From: Bacteroidia bacterium
Lineage (GTDB): Bacteria; Bacteroidota; Bacteroidia; 2-12-FULL-35-15
Direction of reading: 5' to 3'
Assembly: GCA_046594925.1 (NCBI GenBank)
Contig: JBKJQG010000357.1
Coordinates: forward strand, 3,475 to 67,474
Length of the DNA: 64,000 nt
Numbering within the stretch: the first letter of the stretch is position 1; each line of letters opens with the position of its first letter. Shown in pieces: positions 19,873 to 30,058 of this stretch. The position numbers and the translations under genes were made by a program. The notes below the pieces were generated by a model. It did no database searches. It saw only the letters and a program-made list of their open reading frames with translations, and was not told the DNA's origin.

Positions 19873-20799
19873 ATGGATAAGAACAGTAAGATATACATAG
19901 CCGGACACCGTGGGATGGTGGGGTCTGCAATCATCAGACGCTTAGAGAAGGACGGCTTTTCAAACATAATCACCCGCGCTTCGGGCGAATTGGACCTTAG
20001 AAATCAGCAAGCAGTTGCTGATTTTTTTGCAAAGGAGAAACCGGAATTTGTCTTTCTCGCTGCTGCAAAAGTAGGCGGCATTGTCGCCAACAATACTTAC
20101 CGCGCCGATTTCATTTATGAGAACATGATGATCGAGGCCAATGTCATTCATTCTTGCTATGTGAACGCAGTAAAAAAATTAATGTTTTTAGGGTCTTCCT
20201 GCATTTATCCTAAACTGGCTCCTCAGCCTTTGAAGGAAGATTACCTGCTCACCGGTTTGCTGGAGGAAACCAACGAGCCTTATGCGATCGCAAAAATCGC
20301 AGGCATAAAAATGTGTGATGCTTATCGCGCTCAATACGGTTGTAATTTCATTTCGGTGATGCCGACAAACTTGTACGGACCAAACGATAATTACGATTTG
20401 AAAAATTCTCATGTGCTGCCTGCACTAATCCGGAAATTCCACAATGCAAAAAATGAAAATGCAGCTAGTGTCGAGATTTGGGGAACCGGTTCACCGATGC
20501 GTGAATTTTTACACGCGGATGATCTGGCCGATGCTTGTTTTTATTTGATGCAGAATTACAATGAAGCTGGCTTGGTAAACATTGGTGTAGGAGAAGATAT
20601 TACCATTAAAGATTTAGCACTGATGGTTAAAAAAATAGTTGGATTCTCCGGAGAACTAAGATTCGATAGTTCTAAGCCTGATGGCACTCCGCGCAAATTG
20701 ATGGATGTAAGTAAATTGCATTCTTTTGGATGGAAACACAAGATCAACCTGGAAGAAGGGATCAAAAGCGTTTATACGGAAGTAAAAGATAAGTTATAA
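19873..20799 (+). CDS. fcl: GDP-L-fucose synthase (GDP-4-keto-6-deoxymannose 3,5-epimerase/4-reductase)
   Basis: [16 protein letters not shown]...G, SSCIYP and YAIAK motifs; 308 aa, immediately after gmd. Confidence 0.92.
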   Translation: MDKNSKIYIAGHRGMVGSAIIRRLEKDGFSNIITRASGELDLRNQQAVADFFAKEKPEFVFLAAAKVGGIVANNTYRADFIYENMMIEANVIHSCYVNAVKKLMFLGSSCIYPKLAPQPLKEDYLLTGLLEETNEPYAIAKIAGIKMCDAYRAQYGCNFISVMPTNLYGPNDNYDLKNSHVLPALIRKFHNAKNENAASVEIWGTGSPMREFLHADDLADACFYLMQNYNEAGLVNIGVGEDITIKDLALMVKKIVGFSGELRFDSSKPDGTPRKLMDVSKLHSFGWKHKINLEEGIKSVYTEVKDKL

Positions 20800-20880
20800 A
20801 TAGAGTGCGGCATTGCGTTGCCCCATTTGCGGGAGAAGTAATTTACTGTTTTAATCTGTTTTGACTTTGTTGCAAATAAA

Positions 20881-22536
20881 ATGAAAAAAATTTTCTACAT
20901 ATTTTTTCTTTTGCCAATTCTACTGTCAGCACAGCAGAAAAATATTTCTTTAAACAGGGAGTGGACACTTTTTGCCGAACAGTTTTGTTTAAGAGATTCG
21001 AGCGTTCATTATACATCAATGAGGCCCATGATAGAGGGTGATAAGTTGACGGTTGCATACCTGAATAGCCACAACTCCAAAGAAGTGCGTCTTTATACCT
21101 ATGGGAATGGCCCATTGCTCTATCGTAAATTAAAAAAAGAAAGTCTTTTGATTGTCCGGGATACTGCTGATAAATTTCACCTGACCATCGATCCGCTCTT
21201 TAATTTTGAAGGAGGCAAGGATATGGCGGATACCAGTGGAGAAAAATTGTATAAGAACACAAGAGGCTTTTTGGTACGCGGCGATATTGGGAAAAAGGTT
21301 TCATTTGAATCTTCTTTTTATGAGAATCAAGCGACGTATGCCAGGTACATCGATAATTATATTGCAAGCACAAACAAATTGTTTCCTCAGTCTGCGACTT
21401 ATCAGTATGATGTCATTCCGGGACAAGGTCGGGCAAAAAAATTCAAAGTAAATGGATATGATTATGCGATGGCTTCGGGTTATGTTTCTTACTCGCCGAT
21501 AAAAATGTTCAACATTCAGGTCGGACACGGGAAACACTTTGTCGGCGACGGTTACCGGTCTTTGCTTTTATCGGACAATGCTTTCAATTATCCATACGCA
21601 AGAATTACAACCACTTATAAAAACATTCAGTACACGAATTTATACACGTCTTTCATGAACCTTACCGATGGTGGAGTGACGACTCCGGACAATGTAGAGC
21701 GGTTGTTTCAAAAAAAGATCGGAAGCTTTCAATTTTTAAGTGCCAATTTATTTCACCGCCTCCAATTGGGATTATTTCAGGGAATGATTTGGCAGGCGGC
21801 TGATTCAAGCAACCGCATGCGTACCAATTTTCATACTTACGATCCAGTGATCGGAGTGAGTGCGTTGACTTATGGATTGCATAATGAGAATAACGTTTTG
21901 ATGGGAGCAACCTTCAAGCTGAAAGTTACTAAGTCCATTTCTCTATACGGACAATACATGCTGGATGATGTCTATTCCGAAAAAGGGCGGGGAGACATCC
22001 GCAAGAAATACGGCTATCAAGTCGGGTTCAAATATTTCGATCTTTTCACTGTAAAAAACTTGCACATTCAGGCGGAATATAATACCGTGAGGCCATATGC
22101 TTATGCTGCTGAAAACGCCTATCAAAGTTATACCCATTACAACCAGGCGCTTGCCCATCCGCTTGGTGCAAATTTTTATGAGCTGGTTGGATTTGTAAAT
22201 TACAGAGTGAAAGATTTTTTCATTCAGTTAAAAGCGAATTATGCGGTGAAGGGGAACGACAGCCTTAAAAATAATTTTGGCGGAAATGTTTTTAAGCCCG
22301 ACAACTCTTTTCCGATCACGCAGAAATTGGAAAACATTGAAACTACACAAGGCTTGAAGACAACCATCATGTATCAGGACATTCACATTGGTTACCTGGT
22401 GAATCCATCTACTAATCTGAACATCGTGCTGGGCTTTACCAACCGGCTTGAAAAGACCGACAGAACATCAAGTTCCACACAATTTGTATATTTAGGCATC
22501 AGAACATCGCTTTCGAATTTTTATTATGATTTTTAA
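20881..22536 (+). CDS. predicted outer-membrane beta-barrel protein (possibly Wzi-like capsule assembly family)
   Basis: Signal peptide, conserved blocks YVSYSP.K.FN.Q.G..KHF.GDGYRSL.LSD and LAHPLGANF, C-terminal aromatic residue (..YYDF). Paralog of the gene at 23725. Confidence 0.55.
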   Translation: MKKIFYIFFLLPILLSAQQKNISLNREWTLFAEQFCLRDSSVHYTSMRPMIEGDKLTVAYLNSHNSKEVRLYTYGNGPLLYRKLKKESLLIVRDTADKFHLTIDPLFNFEGGKDMADTSGEKLYKNTRGFLVRGDIGKKVSFESSFYENQATYARYIDNYIASTNKLFPQSATYQYDVIPGQGRAKKFKVNGYDYAMASGYVSYSPIKMFNIQVGHGKHFVGDGYRSLLLSDNAFNYPYARITTTYKNIQYTNLYTSFMNLTDGGVTTPDNVERLFQKKIGSFQFLSANLFHRLQLGLFQGMIWQAADSSNRMRTNFHTYDPVIGVSALTYGLHNENNVLMGATFKLKVTKSISLYGQYMLDDVYSEKGRGDIRKKYGYQVGFKYFDLFTVKNLHIQAEYNTVRPYAYAAENAYQSYTHYNQALAHPLGANFYELVGFVNYRVKDFFIQLKANYAVKGNDSLKNNFGGNVFKPDNSFPITQKLENIETTQGLKTTIMYQDIHIGYLVNPSTNLNIVLGFTNRLEKTDRTSSSTQFVYLGIRTSLSNFYYDF

Positions 22537-22546
22537 CGATTAAATT

Positions 22547-22589
22547 TGACTGGCACTTCGACTACGCTCAGTGTGACGTCAGTCTCAGC
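22547..22589. repeat. inverted-repeat element, CTTCGACTACGC family
   Basis: cttcgactacgctcag-tgtgacgtcagt-ctcagcgtagtcgaag: 15/16-bp arms, with a tgacgtca palindrome in the loop. Confidence 0.7.
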
Positions 22590-22628
22590 GTAGTCGAAGA
22601 CTAGTCCACACGAATTAAAAAAGTACAT

Positions 22629-23732
22629 ATGGAATTTTTAGTGCTCGTTTTCATAACTTCTTTTTTTGTCGTGCTCTTATCAACGCCATCGTTGATAAAA
22701 GTAGCGATCCTCAAACGTTTGTTTGATGCACCCGGCGACACGCGCAAGCTTCATACGCGAATGATCCCGACAATCGGTGGGATTATCATCTTTGCCGGAA
22801 CCCTTTTTGCGTATTCGATTTGGTTCCCCGATAAACAGATTCACGACCTTCCGCAACTGGAAAGAAGTTTGAGCGATTATAAATTCATCGTCGCTACTTT
22901 ATTGGTCATGTTCTTTGTCGGAGTGAAAGATGACATTATCGGAACGGCACCTGTAAAAAAATTGGTTGCCCACGTACTGGTTGGAATGGTATTGGTGCTT
23001 ATGGCTGACATCCGGATCATAAGCATGCATGGGCTTTTTGGAATTGAGATCCTTCCTTTGTGGACCAGCGTATTTTTGTCTTTGTTCACCTACATCGTTG
23101 TTGTAAATGCATTCAATTTAATTGATGGTGTGGATGGTTTAGCCGGAGGTGTTGGATTCATCGCGTCTTCTGCTTTTGGCTGCTGGTTTACTCTCGCCGG
23201 CGATCCCGCAATGGCCTGTCTGGCTTTTGCATTATCGGGATCACTTTTTGCATTTTTGTTTTTTAATTTTTCTCCGGCAAAAATTTTTATGGGCGATTCC
23301 GGATCATTGACGATCGGACTCATCATTTGCATTCTGGCTATCAAGGTGATCGGCTACGACGTGAGTGCAATTGAAAACAAAACCATTCTGAATGTTTCTA
23401 AACCCCTCTTTGCGATGGCCGTATTAGTATATCCTCTGGTCGATACCTTACGTATTTTTATTTATCGTGCAGTGCAGGGTGTATCACCTTTTTCTGCTGA
23501 CAGAAATCACTTGCACCACCGCTTGCTGGATATTGGACTGAGCCACAAAGGAACAGTGATGACTGTTTACTTTTTTAACATCCTTGTAATCGGATTAACG
23601 GTGGGACTTGCTTTGTCGAGCATGAATCCCAATTATTCCCTTATGATCGTTGCATCCGTTTCTCTTACAATTGCACAAATTCCTTTTTTTATTAAGAAAA
23701 AGAAAAACAGAACAGCAAAGGACAATGACTAA
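22629..23732 (+). CDS. glycosyltransferase family 4: undecaprenyl-phosphate sugar-1-phosphate transferase (WecA/MraY family)
   Basis: About 11 TM helices. MraY/WecA motifs NLIDGVDGLA and FMGDSGS, plus a His-rich C-terminal HLHHRL. Confidence 0.8.
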   Translation: MEFLVLVFITSFFVVLLSTPSLIKVAILKRLFDAPGDTRKLHTRMIPTIGGIIIFAGTLFAYSIWFPDKQIHDLPQLERSLSDYKFIVATLLVMFFVGVKDDIIGTAPVKKLVAHVLVGMVLVLMADIRIISMHGLFGIEILPLWTSVFLSLFTYIVVVNAFNLIDGVDGLAGGVGFIASSAFGCWFTLAGDPAMACLAFALSGSLFAFLFFNFSPAKIFMGDSGSLTIGLIICILAIKVIGYDVSAIENKTILNVSKPLFAMAVLVYPLVDTLRIFIYRAVQGVSPFSADRNHLHHRLLDIGLSHKGTVMTVYFFNILVIGLTVGLALSSMNPNYSLMIVASVSLTIAQIPFFIKKKKNRTAKDND

Positions 23733-25347
23733 GAAAAAGCAACTCTCTTTTTTGATCCCCGTTTTTTTATTGCTGACAGAGCTTGCTTTTTCTCAGCAAT
23801 GGAATTACACACTCAACCGAGATTTTTTGTGGGGGATCGACAATTATTATAACAGCAAAGAGGAGAATGCTGCCACTTTTGTGAAGCCATACCGCTTACA
23901 GGACATCAATCGCATCAAAGATTCAACGGCGATTTTCCCCCGGTTGCTCGCAGGAACCAAGGCCGAAGAGAAAGACAAAAAAGCTAAAGGCCAGATCGAA
24001 ATATATCCTTTGCTGCTGGCAGGCGGCGGTCTCGATTTGTCTTCGACCAACTCCCACACTACAAGTGATCTCGGAATAGGCGGAAATCTCCTGATTTTTT
24101 GGAAAGATAAATTCGCCTTGAATTTTAAAGGCTTCGGCGGAAAAAGCGTTTTCAATTCGCACCTGGATTCCATCATCCGTGAAAGTCGCGTTGTTCCGGG
24201 AATGGGTTATGCTTATGTTTCTAAGGATGATTCCCTTCATCCTCAATATGCTTACCAGTATTTTTCAGGATACGTTTCCTATTCACCCAATAAGATCTTT
24301 AATTTTCAAGCCGGTCAAGACAAACATTTTTGGGGTGACGGTTACCGTTCACTTTTTTTGTCGGATGTTGCAGCACCCTATCCGTATTTAAAGATCACTA
24401 CCAATGTCTGGAAGATCAGTTATGTTAATTTGTTTACGGTGATGAAGGATGCAACACATCCGTCGGGTTTTAAAAAAGACTGGCTGAAAAAATATGCAAC
24501 GTTTCATCATTTGAGCTGGAACGCGACCAGACGATTGAACATTGGTCTCTTTGAATCCATTGTCTGGCAAGGCTCCGACAGCACCCGTCACCGCGGTTAC
24601 GATGTTAATTATCTCAATCCTATCATGTTCTTCCGGCCAACGGAATATTCATTGGGTTCCAGCGATAACGCATTTGTTGGATTCAATTTCAAGATCAAGG
24701 CGTTCAAGAAGCAGCAGTTTTACGGACAGCTTTTGCTCGATGAATTTTTGCTGAAAGAAGTGAAGGCGGATTTGAAGCATGCTGCAACAGGTGATACGAC
24801 AGCTAAGTGGGGCTGGTGGGCGAACAAACAAGCATTTCAACTTGGGTTCAAGAGCTTCGATCTTTTTAAGATCAGACATCTTAATTTTCAGACCGAGTTT
24901 AATTATGTCCGACCATTCACCTATGCACATGGAAGCGTGCAACAAAATTACAGTCACATGAACCAGCCTCTGGCTCATCCGCTTGGTGCCAACTTCATAG
25001 AGTCTGCCACATTCCTGAACTTTCGCCACAAACGGATTTTTGTTGAAGCAAAATATACCTATGCTGTTTATGGTGCCGACAGCGCGGGAACAGATTTTGG
25101 CAAAAACATTTTTGTTTCTTACACAAAGCGTGCGGGTGATTATGATCACTTTACCACTCAGGGGTTTCAAACAAGCCTGATGACGGTTTCTCTTCGTGGC
25201 GCTTACATGCTGGATACACGGATGAATTTAAAAATTGAACTGGGATTTGCCGATAGAATTGAGCGCAGGCCTTATTCTACAAAACAAATTCCTTTTGTTT
25301 TTGTCGGCATAAAGACCGACCTCTCCAATCTATACGACGATTATTGA
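23725..25347 (+). CDS. predicted outer-membrane beta-barrel protein, paralog of the 20881 gene
   Basis: Same conserved blocks (YVSYSPNKIFNFQAGQDKHFWGDGYRSLFLSD; LAHPLGANF) and a C-terminal ...YDDY. Start chosen at MTKKKQLSFLIPVFLLL. Confidence 0.55.
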   Translation: MTKKKQLSFLIPVFLLLTELAFSQQWNYTLNRDFLWGIDNYYNSKEENAATFVKPYRLQDINRIKDSTAIFPRLLAGTKAEEKDKKAKGQIEIYPLLLAGGGLDLSSTNSHTTSDLGIGGNLLIFWKDKFALNFKGFGGKSVFNSHLDSIIRESRVVPGMGYAYVSKDDSLHPQYAYQYFSGYVSYSPNKIFNFQAGQDKHFWGDGYRSLFLSDVAAPYPYLKITTNVWKISYVNLFTVMKDATHPSGFKKDWLKKYATFHHLSWNATRRLNIGLFESIVWQGSDSTRHRGYDVNYLNPIMFFRPTEYSLGSSDNAFVGFNFKIKAFKKQQFYGQLLLDEFLLKEVKADLKHAATGDTTAKWGWWANKQAFQLGFKSFDLFKIRHLNFQTEFNYVRPFTYAHGSVQQNYSHMNQPLAHPLGANFIESATFLNFRHKRIFVEAKYTYAVYGADSAGTDFGKNIFVSYTKRAGDYDHFTTQGFQTSLMTVSLRGAYMLDTRMNLKIELGFADRIERRPYSTKQIPFVFVGIKTDLSNLYDDY

Positions 25348-25464
25348 ATAATTTCAATTTTCATCCCCCTCAATTCTGAAATGGTCTAATTTCTCACTTT
25401 TCCCTTTCAGATTCCCCTAATAATTGGTAAAATTGCACTACTTTTTAAAAAACGCATTCATTTT

Positions 25465-26370
25465 GTGATTTTGCAGACCGAAAACATCAATACCATCGAA
25501 AAATCAGCCTTGACACCAAGCAGATTGCGTGATTATGCCATGCTGATGAAGTTCCGCCTGGCTTCCCTGGTAGTGATTTCCGCGGCCATTGCCTTTGCAG
25601 CTGCTTCCAAGGAAGTGGACTGGGTGAAAATGGGGTGGCTGGTCCTCGGAGGGTTCTTAGTAACAGGGTCTTCCAATGCCTTCAATCAGATCATAGAACG
25701 GGACCTCGATAAATTAATGAACCGCACTCAGAACCGCCCTTTGCCGCAGGAACGTTTGGGTGTGGCTGAGGCATTTGGCCTTGCTGCTCTTTGCGGAATT
25801 GCCGGCATTTCCATTCTATGGATTTTTATGAACCCCTTGAGCGGTATCCTCGGATTGCTGGCCTTGCTCTTGTACACCATTGTTTATACCCCTTTGAAGC
25901 GCATCACGCCTTTTGCCGTTTTTGTAGGGGCTTTTCCCGGAGCAATACCCCCGCTTTTAGGCTGTGTTGCTGCAACTCAAGGGTTCGGCTCCATTCCGCT
26001 GATCGGCTGGATCCTTTTCGCAGGGCAGTTCATGTGGCAGTTTCCTCATTTCTGGGCCATTGCCTGGGTGTTGGATGACGATTACAAAAAAGCGGGTTTC
26101 AAGATGCTGCCTTCACCCGGCGGACGTGATAAAGGCAGCGCTTTTCAGGTGGTGGTTTATACTTTGTTCTTGTATCCAATCAGCCTGATGCCAGTGATGT
26201 TCCACTATTCCGGGCTGGCCTCCTCCCTGATCATCTCTTTCTGCAGTATTTATTTTTTATACCAATCTTACATCTTATATAAGGAATGTACTGTGGACGC
26301 AGCACGCAAGCTGATGTTCGGCTCCTTTTTTTATTTACCTGCAATTCAATTAGCTGTACTTTATGGATAA
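25465..26370 (+). CDS. ctaB: protoheme IX farnesyltransferase (heme O synthase)
   Basis: UbiA-family prenyltransferase motifs N..I.RD.D..M.RT..RPLP and D...D...G, 8-9 TM helices. GTG start per the ORF track. Confidence 0.85.
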   Translation: MILQTENINTIEKSALTPSRLRDYAMLMKFRLASLVVISAAIAFAAASKEVDWVKMGWLVLGGFLVTGSSNAFNQIIERDLDKLMNRTQNRPLPQERLGVAEAFGLAALCGIAGISILWIFMNPLSGILGLLALLLYTIVYTPLKRITPFAVFVGAFPGAIPPLLGCVAATQGFGSIPLIGWILFAGQFMWQFPHFWAIAWVLDDDYKKAGFKMLPSPGGRDKGSAFQVVVYTLFLYPISLMPVMFHYSGLASSLIISFCSIYFLYQSYILYKECTVDAARKLMFGSFFYLPAIQLAVLYG

Positions 26371-26968
26371 TATCATACCAATGGAAACCGAACTATCCCC
26401 AGCTGACGAACAGCGTCAGACCAGAGAAAAAGTAGCCATCCCCTTGCTTTGGGTAGCGATGGTGTCGATGGTGATGCTTTTCGGAGCTTGTACCAGTGCT
26501 TACATCGTCAGCCGCGGTGCAGGAACCTGGATACATTTTGAGCTGCCTCAATTATTTTACATAAGTACGGCTATTATCATAATTAGCAGTGTTTCAATGA
26601 ATTGGACATTATCTGCGGCTCGGAAAAACGATTACAAAGGCATGAAACTTTCCTCCCTTATCACGTTCCTCTTGGGGGTATCCTTTTTTGTATTTCAGTT
26701 CAAAGCTTGGGGAACTTTGGTGGATCAGAAAGTCTTCTTTGCGGGTAGCGACAGCAATGCCGCAGGCTCCTTCATATACATCCTGACGGGACTGCACCTG
26801 GCTCATTTGGTGTTCGGAGTAGGGTCTGTTTTTGTAGTTTGGAATAAATCCAGATTACAGAGGTATGACTCAGAAAACCTTTTAGGCATAAGGCTTTGCG
26901 CGATTTTCTGGCATTTCCTTGATGTTTTGTGGGTATTTTTGTTTTTATTTTTGTTATTCCTGCGTTGA
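26363..26968 (+). CDS. cytochrome c oxidase subunit III family protein (short form)
   Basis: Polytopic membrane protein ending WHFLDVLWVFLFLFL, the COX3 C-terminal signature. Adjacent to ctaB. Confidence 0.65.
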   Translation: MDNIIPMETELSPADEQRQTREKVAIPLLWVAMVSMVMLFGACTSAYIVSRGAGTWIHFELPQLFYISTAIIIISSVSMNWTLSAARKNDYKGMKLSSLITFLLGVSFFVFQFKAWGTLVDQKVFFAGSDSNAAGSFIYILTGLHLAHLVFGVGSVFVVWNKSRLQRYDSENLLGIRLCAIFWHFLDVLWVFLFLFLLFLR

Positions 26969-27053
26969 GAATTAAAGGAATATTTTGCATATTAGCACCC
27001 GAAATAAGTTTTAACCTTCCTGTCTTTATCAGGAATCATAATCAGTAAAATAT

Positions 27054-27779
27054 ATGTCAAGTCACGCAGTAACAGAAACAGATTCAAGCTCCGATTGGAG
27101 TGGAGGTAAATCCCCGTTTGGCGTTAGTTACGGAAAAATGTTCATGTGGTTTTTCCTGGTGTCGGATGCTTTAACATTCTCCGGTTTATTATGTGCATAT
27201 GGTTTTATGCGCCATAAACACCCTGAAGTTTGGCCGAATCCGGGCGATGTGTTCACGCATTTTCCAGGCTATAGCGGACACATTCCCTTAGCCTATGTAG
27301 GTTTGATGACTTTGATCCTCATCATGTCTTCTGTAACAATGGTGTTAGCTGTAGAAGCCGGACATCGTAATGATAAAAAGAAAGTAACGTTCTGGTTGTT
27401 CTTAACCATTATTGGTGGTGCTATGTTCGTAGGTTCTCAAGCTTGGGAGTGGTATCACTTCATCGTTGGAACAGATCATGGTGCTATTCGTAATTTCGTA
27501 AGAGATGGGGAATGGGTTACAGATACTTTCTACGGAGCCAACATGCAAACCAATGAGTACGGATTGCCTGTATTTGCGAATTTCTTTTTCTTTATCACAG
27601 GGTTCCACGGATTCCACGTATTCAGCGGTGTAATCATCAACATTGTGATCTTTATCAACGTATTGGCCGGAACTTATGAAAGACGCGGACACTATGAGAT
27701 GATCGAAAAAACAGGATTGTACTGGCACTTTGTGGATTTGGTTTGGGTATTCGTATTTACCTTCTTCTACTTATTGTAA
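27054..27779 (+). CDS. cytochrome c oxidase subunit III
   Basis: FF.ITGFHGFHV and WHFVDLVWVFVF signatures of heme-copper oxidase subunit III. Confidence 0.75.
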   Translation: MSSHAVTETDSSSDWSGGKSPFGVSYGKMFMWFFLVSDALTFSGLLCAYGFMRHKHPEVWPNPGDVFTHFPGYSGHIPLAYVGLMTLILIMSSVTMVLAVEAGHRNDKKKVTFWLFLTIIGGAMFVGSQAWEWYHFIVGTDHGAIRNFVRDGEWVTDTFYGANMQTNEYGLPVFANFFFFITGFHGFHVFSGVIINIVIFINVLAGTYERRGHYEMIEKTGLYWHFVDLVWVFVFTFFYLL

Positions 27780-27799
27780 CAGAAAAATTTCGGGCTTTC

Positions 27800-27830
27800 C
27801 CTTCGACTACGCAGTCAAGGTGACGGCGAG
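27800..27830. repeat. CTTCGACTACGC-family element (half-site copy)
   Basis: cccttcgactacgcagtcaaggtgacggcgag shares the cttcgactRcgc...ggtSaSg core with the copies at 22547 and 32189. Confidence 0.5.
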
Positions 27831-27869
27831 TTTGGAATTTAAAATTTAGAAAATCTAAAATTATATTTT

Positions 27870-28409
27870 ATGTCAGAATTTCACGATGATTACCCACAGT
27901 ATGAGTTCATGGCTCATCACAGCGAAGAAGAAGGAAAGAAAAAGCGTAGAAAGCTTTGGAATGTTTTCTGGATCATGCTGGCTGTTACAATTGTAGAATT
28001 GATCATTGGTTTCAAAGCTGCTGATTTAGGACTGCTTAGTGACACCGGTGATAGAACTTCCGGTGTAACGTTGAAGTTCATTTTCATCGGATTGACTATT
28101 TTTAAAGCATTTTTCATCGTTATGAGTTTCATGCACTTGGGTGATGAGAAAAAAGCAATGAAATGGACCATTCTGGCTCCTTACACAACATTCATCCTTT
28201 ATTTGATCTGGCTCTGCGTGACAGAATCAACTTACGCTAAAGTCCACAAACATCCAATGGATAACATTATCGTTCAGCAAAAGATCCATTTGAATGAAGC
28301 TGCAAAAAACGGACACGGACACGATGAACATCACGATGCAAAAACCGAAGAACACGGAGCGGAAAAGCATGAAGAAGGCGCTAAACCAGCTGAAAGCGGA
28401 CATCACTAA
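27870..28409 (+). CDS. cytochrome c oxidase subunit IV-like small membrane protein
   Basis: 3 TM helices and a His/Glu-rich C-terminus. Position within the cox accessory cluster is typical. Confidence 0.45.
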   Translation: MSEFHDDYPQYEFMAHHSEEEGKKKRRKLWNVFWIMLAVTIVELIIGFKAADLGLLSDTGDRTSGVTLKFIFIGLTIFKAFFIVMSFMHLGDEKKAMKWTILAPYTTFILYLIWLCVTESTYAKVHKHPMDNIIVQQKIHLNEAAKNGHGHDEHHDAKTEEHGAEKHEEGAKPAESGHH

Positions 28410-28448
28410 GAACTAATAAACACATTACAGAATGGTCTCACAAGGTTT

Positions 28449-29204
28449 GTGAGACCATTTTTTTGTTCGTACTTTTGTGCCATGAATACAGCCCATGTGC
28501 CTTTTTATAAAAACAAGAAAAAGCTGCTGATCCTCGTTTTTCTGCTTTCTTTTCCTTCTTTGCTTTACGTTTTTTTATCGATCGGAAAAACCAATTTCAT
28601 CCGCCTGCCGTACATTGGTGAAAGATCCCTCGCGGCTAACGGAAAGGATACCATTTATCATTCCATAGCTCCCTTCAGCTTCACGAACCAAGATGGTGTC
28701 ACCGTCACTGATAGAGATTATGATGGAAAGATTTATGTCGTGGATTATTTTTTTACCACCTGTAAAACCATTTGTCCTAAAATGACAACAGAACTGATTC
28801 GGGTTCAGCAGAAGTTTGCTCATACCAAAGGATTAGTTCAGATCCTTTCTCATACAGTGGATCCTGAAAATGATTCGGTTCCGGTTCTGAAAGCGTATTC
28901 GGAAATGGTGCATGCAGATACCAAGACCTGGAATTTTGTGACGGGAGATAAAAAAAAGCTTTATGAAATGGCCCGCCAAAGTTATTTGCTCAATGCAGTA
29001 GAAGGCGATGGTGGTCCGGATGATTTTGTCCACAGTGAATTATTCATCTTGGTAGACAAGGAAAAACATATCCGCGGGATTTATGACGGAACCGACATAA
29101 AGGCTGTGACAAATTTGATTGACGATATTAAAGTGCTGATGGCGGAATACATGATCCACGTCAAGAGAGATGAAATAGTGAGCGAACCTTCTAAAAAGAA
29201 ATAA
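28449..29204 (+). CDS. SCO1/SenC family copper chaperone (thioredoxin-like)
   Basis: N-terminal TM anchor, CxxxC metal-binding motif (CKTICP) and a conserved downstream His (HTVDPE). Confidence 0.8.
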   Translation: MRPFFCSYFCAMNTAHVPFYKNKKKLLILVFLLSFPSLLYVFLSIGKTNFIRLPYIGERSLAANGKDTIYHSIAPFSFTNQDGVTVTDRDYDGKIYVVDYFFTTCKTICPKMTTELIRVQQKFAHTKGLVQILSHTVDPENDSVPVLKAYSEMVHADTKTWNFVTGDKKKLYEMARQSYLLNAVEGDGGPDDFVHSELFILVDKEKHIRGIYDGTDIKAVTNLIDDIKVLMAEYMIHVKRDEIVSEPSKKK

Positions 29205-29205
29205 G

Positions 29206-29757
29206 ATGAACGACAAAGCAGTATTCAGATTGGTAATGGGCATTTCCATTTTTGTTTTTGTAGCCGTAGTGGTCCTGAACCGAAAAATCCTGCCGGTTCC
29301 CGAAATGATCCCCGACTTTGTTTACAAGCTTCCTAAACTGAATGCGTTCATCAATGGTACCTGTACCTTGCTTTTGCTTTTATCCTTATACATGATTAAA
29401 CAGAAGAACATTGCGGTTCACAAAAAGTTGAACACCGTTGCATTTATTCTGTCTTCTCTTTTTTTGGTTTCTTACATCACCTATCATTGGATGGCTCAAG
29501 AAACTAGTTACCCCGCAGGATCACCAGGGCGGAGCACTTACCTGATTATACTCATCAGCCACATTATTCTGGCGGCTTTGGTGTTGCCATTGATTCTGCT
29601 TTCTTTCTATTACGGATTAAAGAGTCAACAAGAGGGAGGAGTGCACTATGTTAAGAAACACAAACAACTAACCCGCTGGAGCTATCCGGTATGGTTATAC
29701 GTTACCATCACTGGAGTTGTTGTTTATGCGATGATCTCTCCTTTTTATACGCATTAA
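29206..29757 (+). CDS. DUF420-family membrane protein (cox-cluster associated)
   Basis: 4 TM helices; size and position after SCO1 are typical of DUF420. Confidence 0.55.
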   Translation: MNDKAVFRLVMGISIFVFVAVVVLNRKILPVPEMIPDFVYKLPKLNAFINGTCTLLLLLSLYMIKQKNIAVHKKLNTVAFILSSLFLVSYITYHWMAQETSYPAGSPGRSTYLIILISHIILAALVLPLILLSFYYGLKSQQEGGVHYVKKHKQLTRWSYPVWLYVTITGVVVYAMISPFYTH

Positions 29758-29775
29758 TTTTGTACCTTTAATTAA

Positions 29776-30057
29776 ATGAAATTTAGAACGAACATTGCGA
29801 AGAGCATTTTATTCCTGTTGCTGCTACTTTCAGCTGCTTCAACATCTGCCCAATGTGCTATGTGTAAGTCTTCCGTTGAAAGCAATATCAACAGCGGAGG
29901 TTCGGTCGGTAAGGACCTGAATACGGGGATTTTATACCTGATGGCTATTCCATACATCATCCTGATGCTGGGCGGTTATTTTTTTTTCAAGAAACAGATT
30001 GATGCTAAAGTGATCGGATGGAAGAACAAGCATTTTCCGCTTAAGCAGACTCCATAA
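29776..30057 (+). CDS. small membrane protein (signal peptide, CAMC motif, one C-terminal TM helix)
   Basis: Intact ORF, co-oriented with and tightly spaced to the cox cluster. Confidence 0.4.
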   Translation: MKFRTNIAKSILFLLLLLSAASTSAQCAMCKSSVESNINSGGSVGKDLNTGILYLMAIPYIILMLGGYFFFKKQIDAKVIGWKNKHFPLKQTP

Positions 30058-30058
30058 T

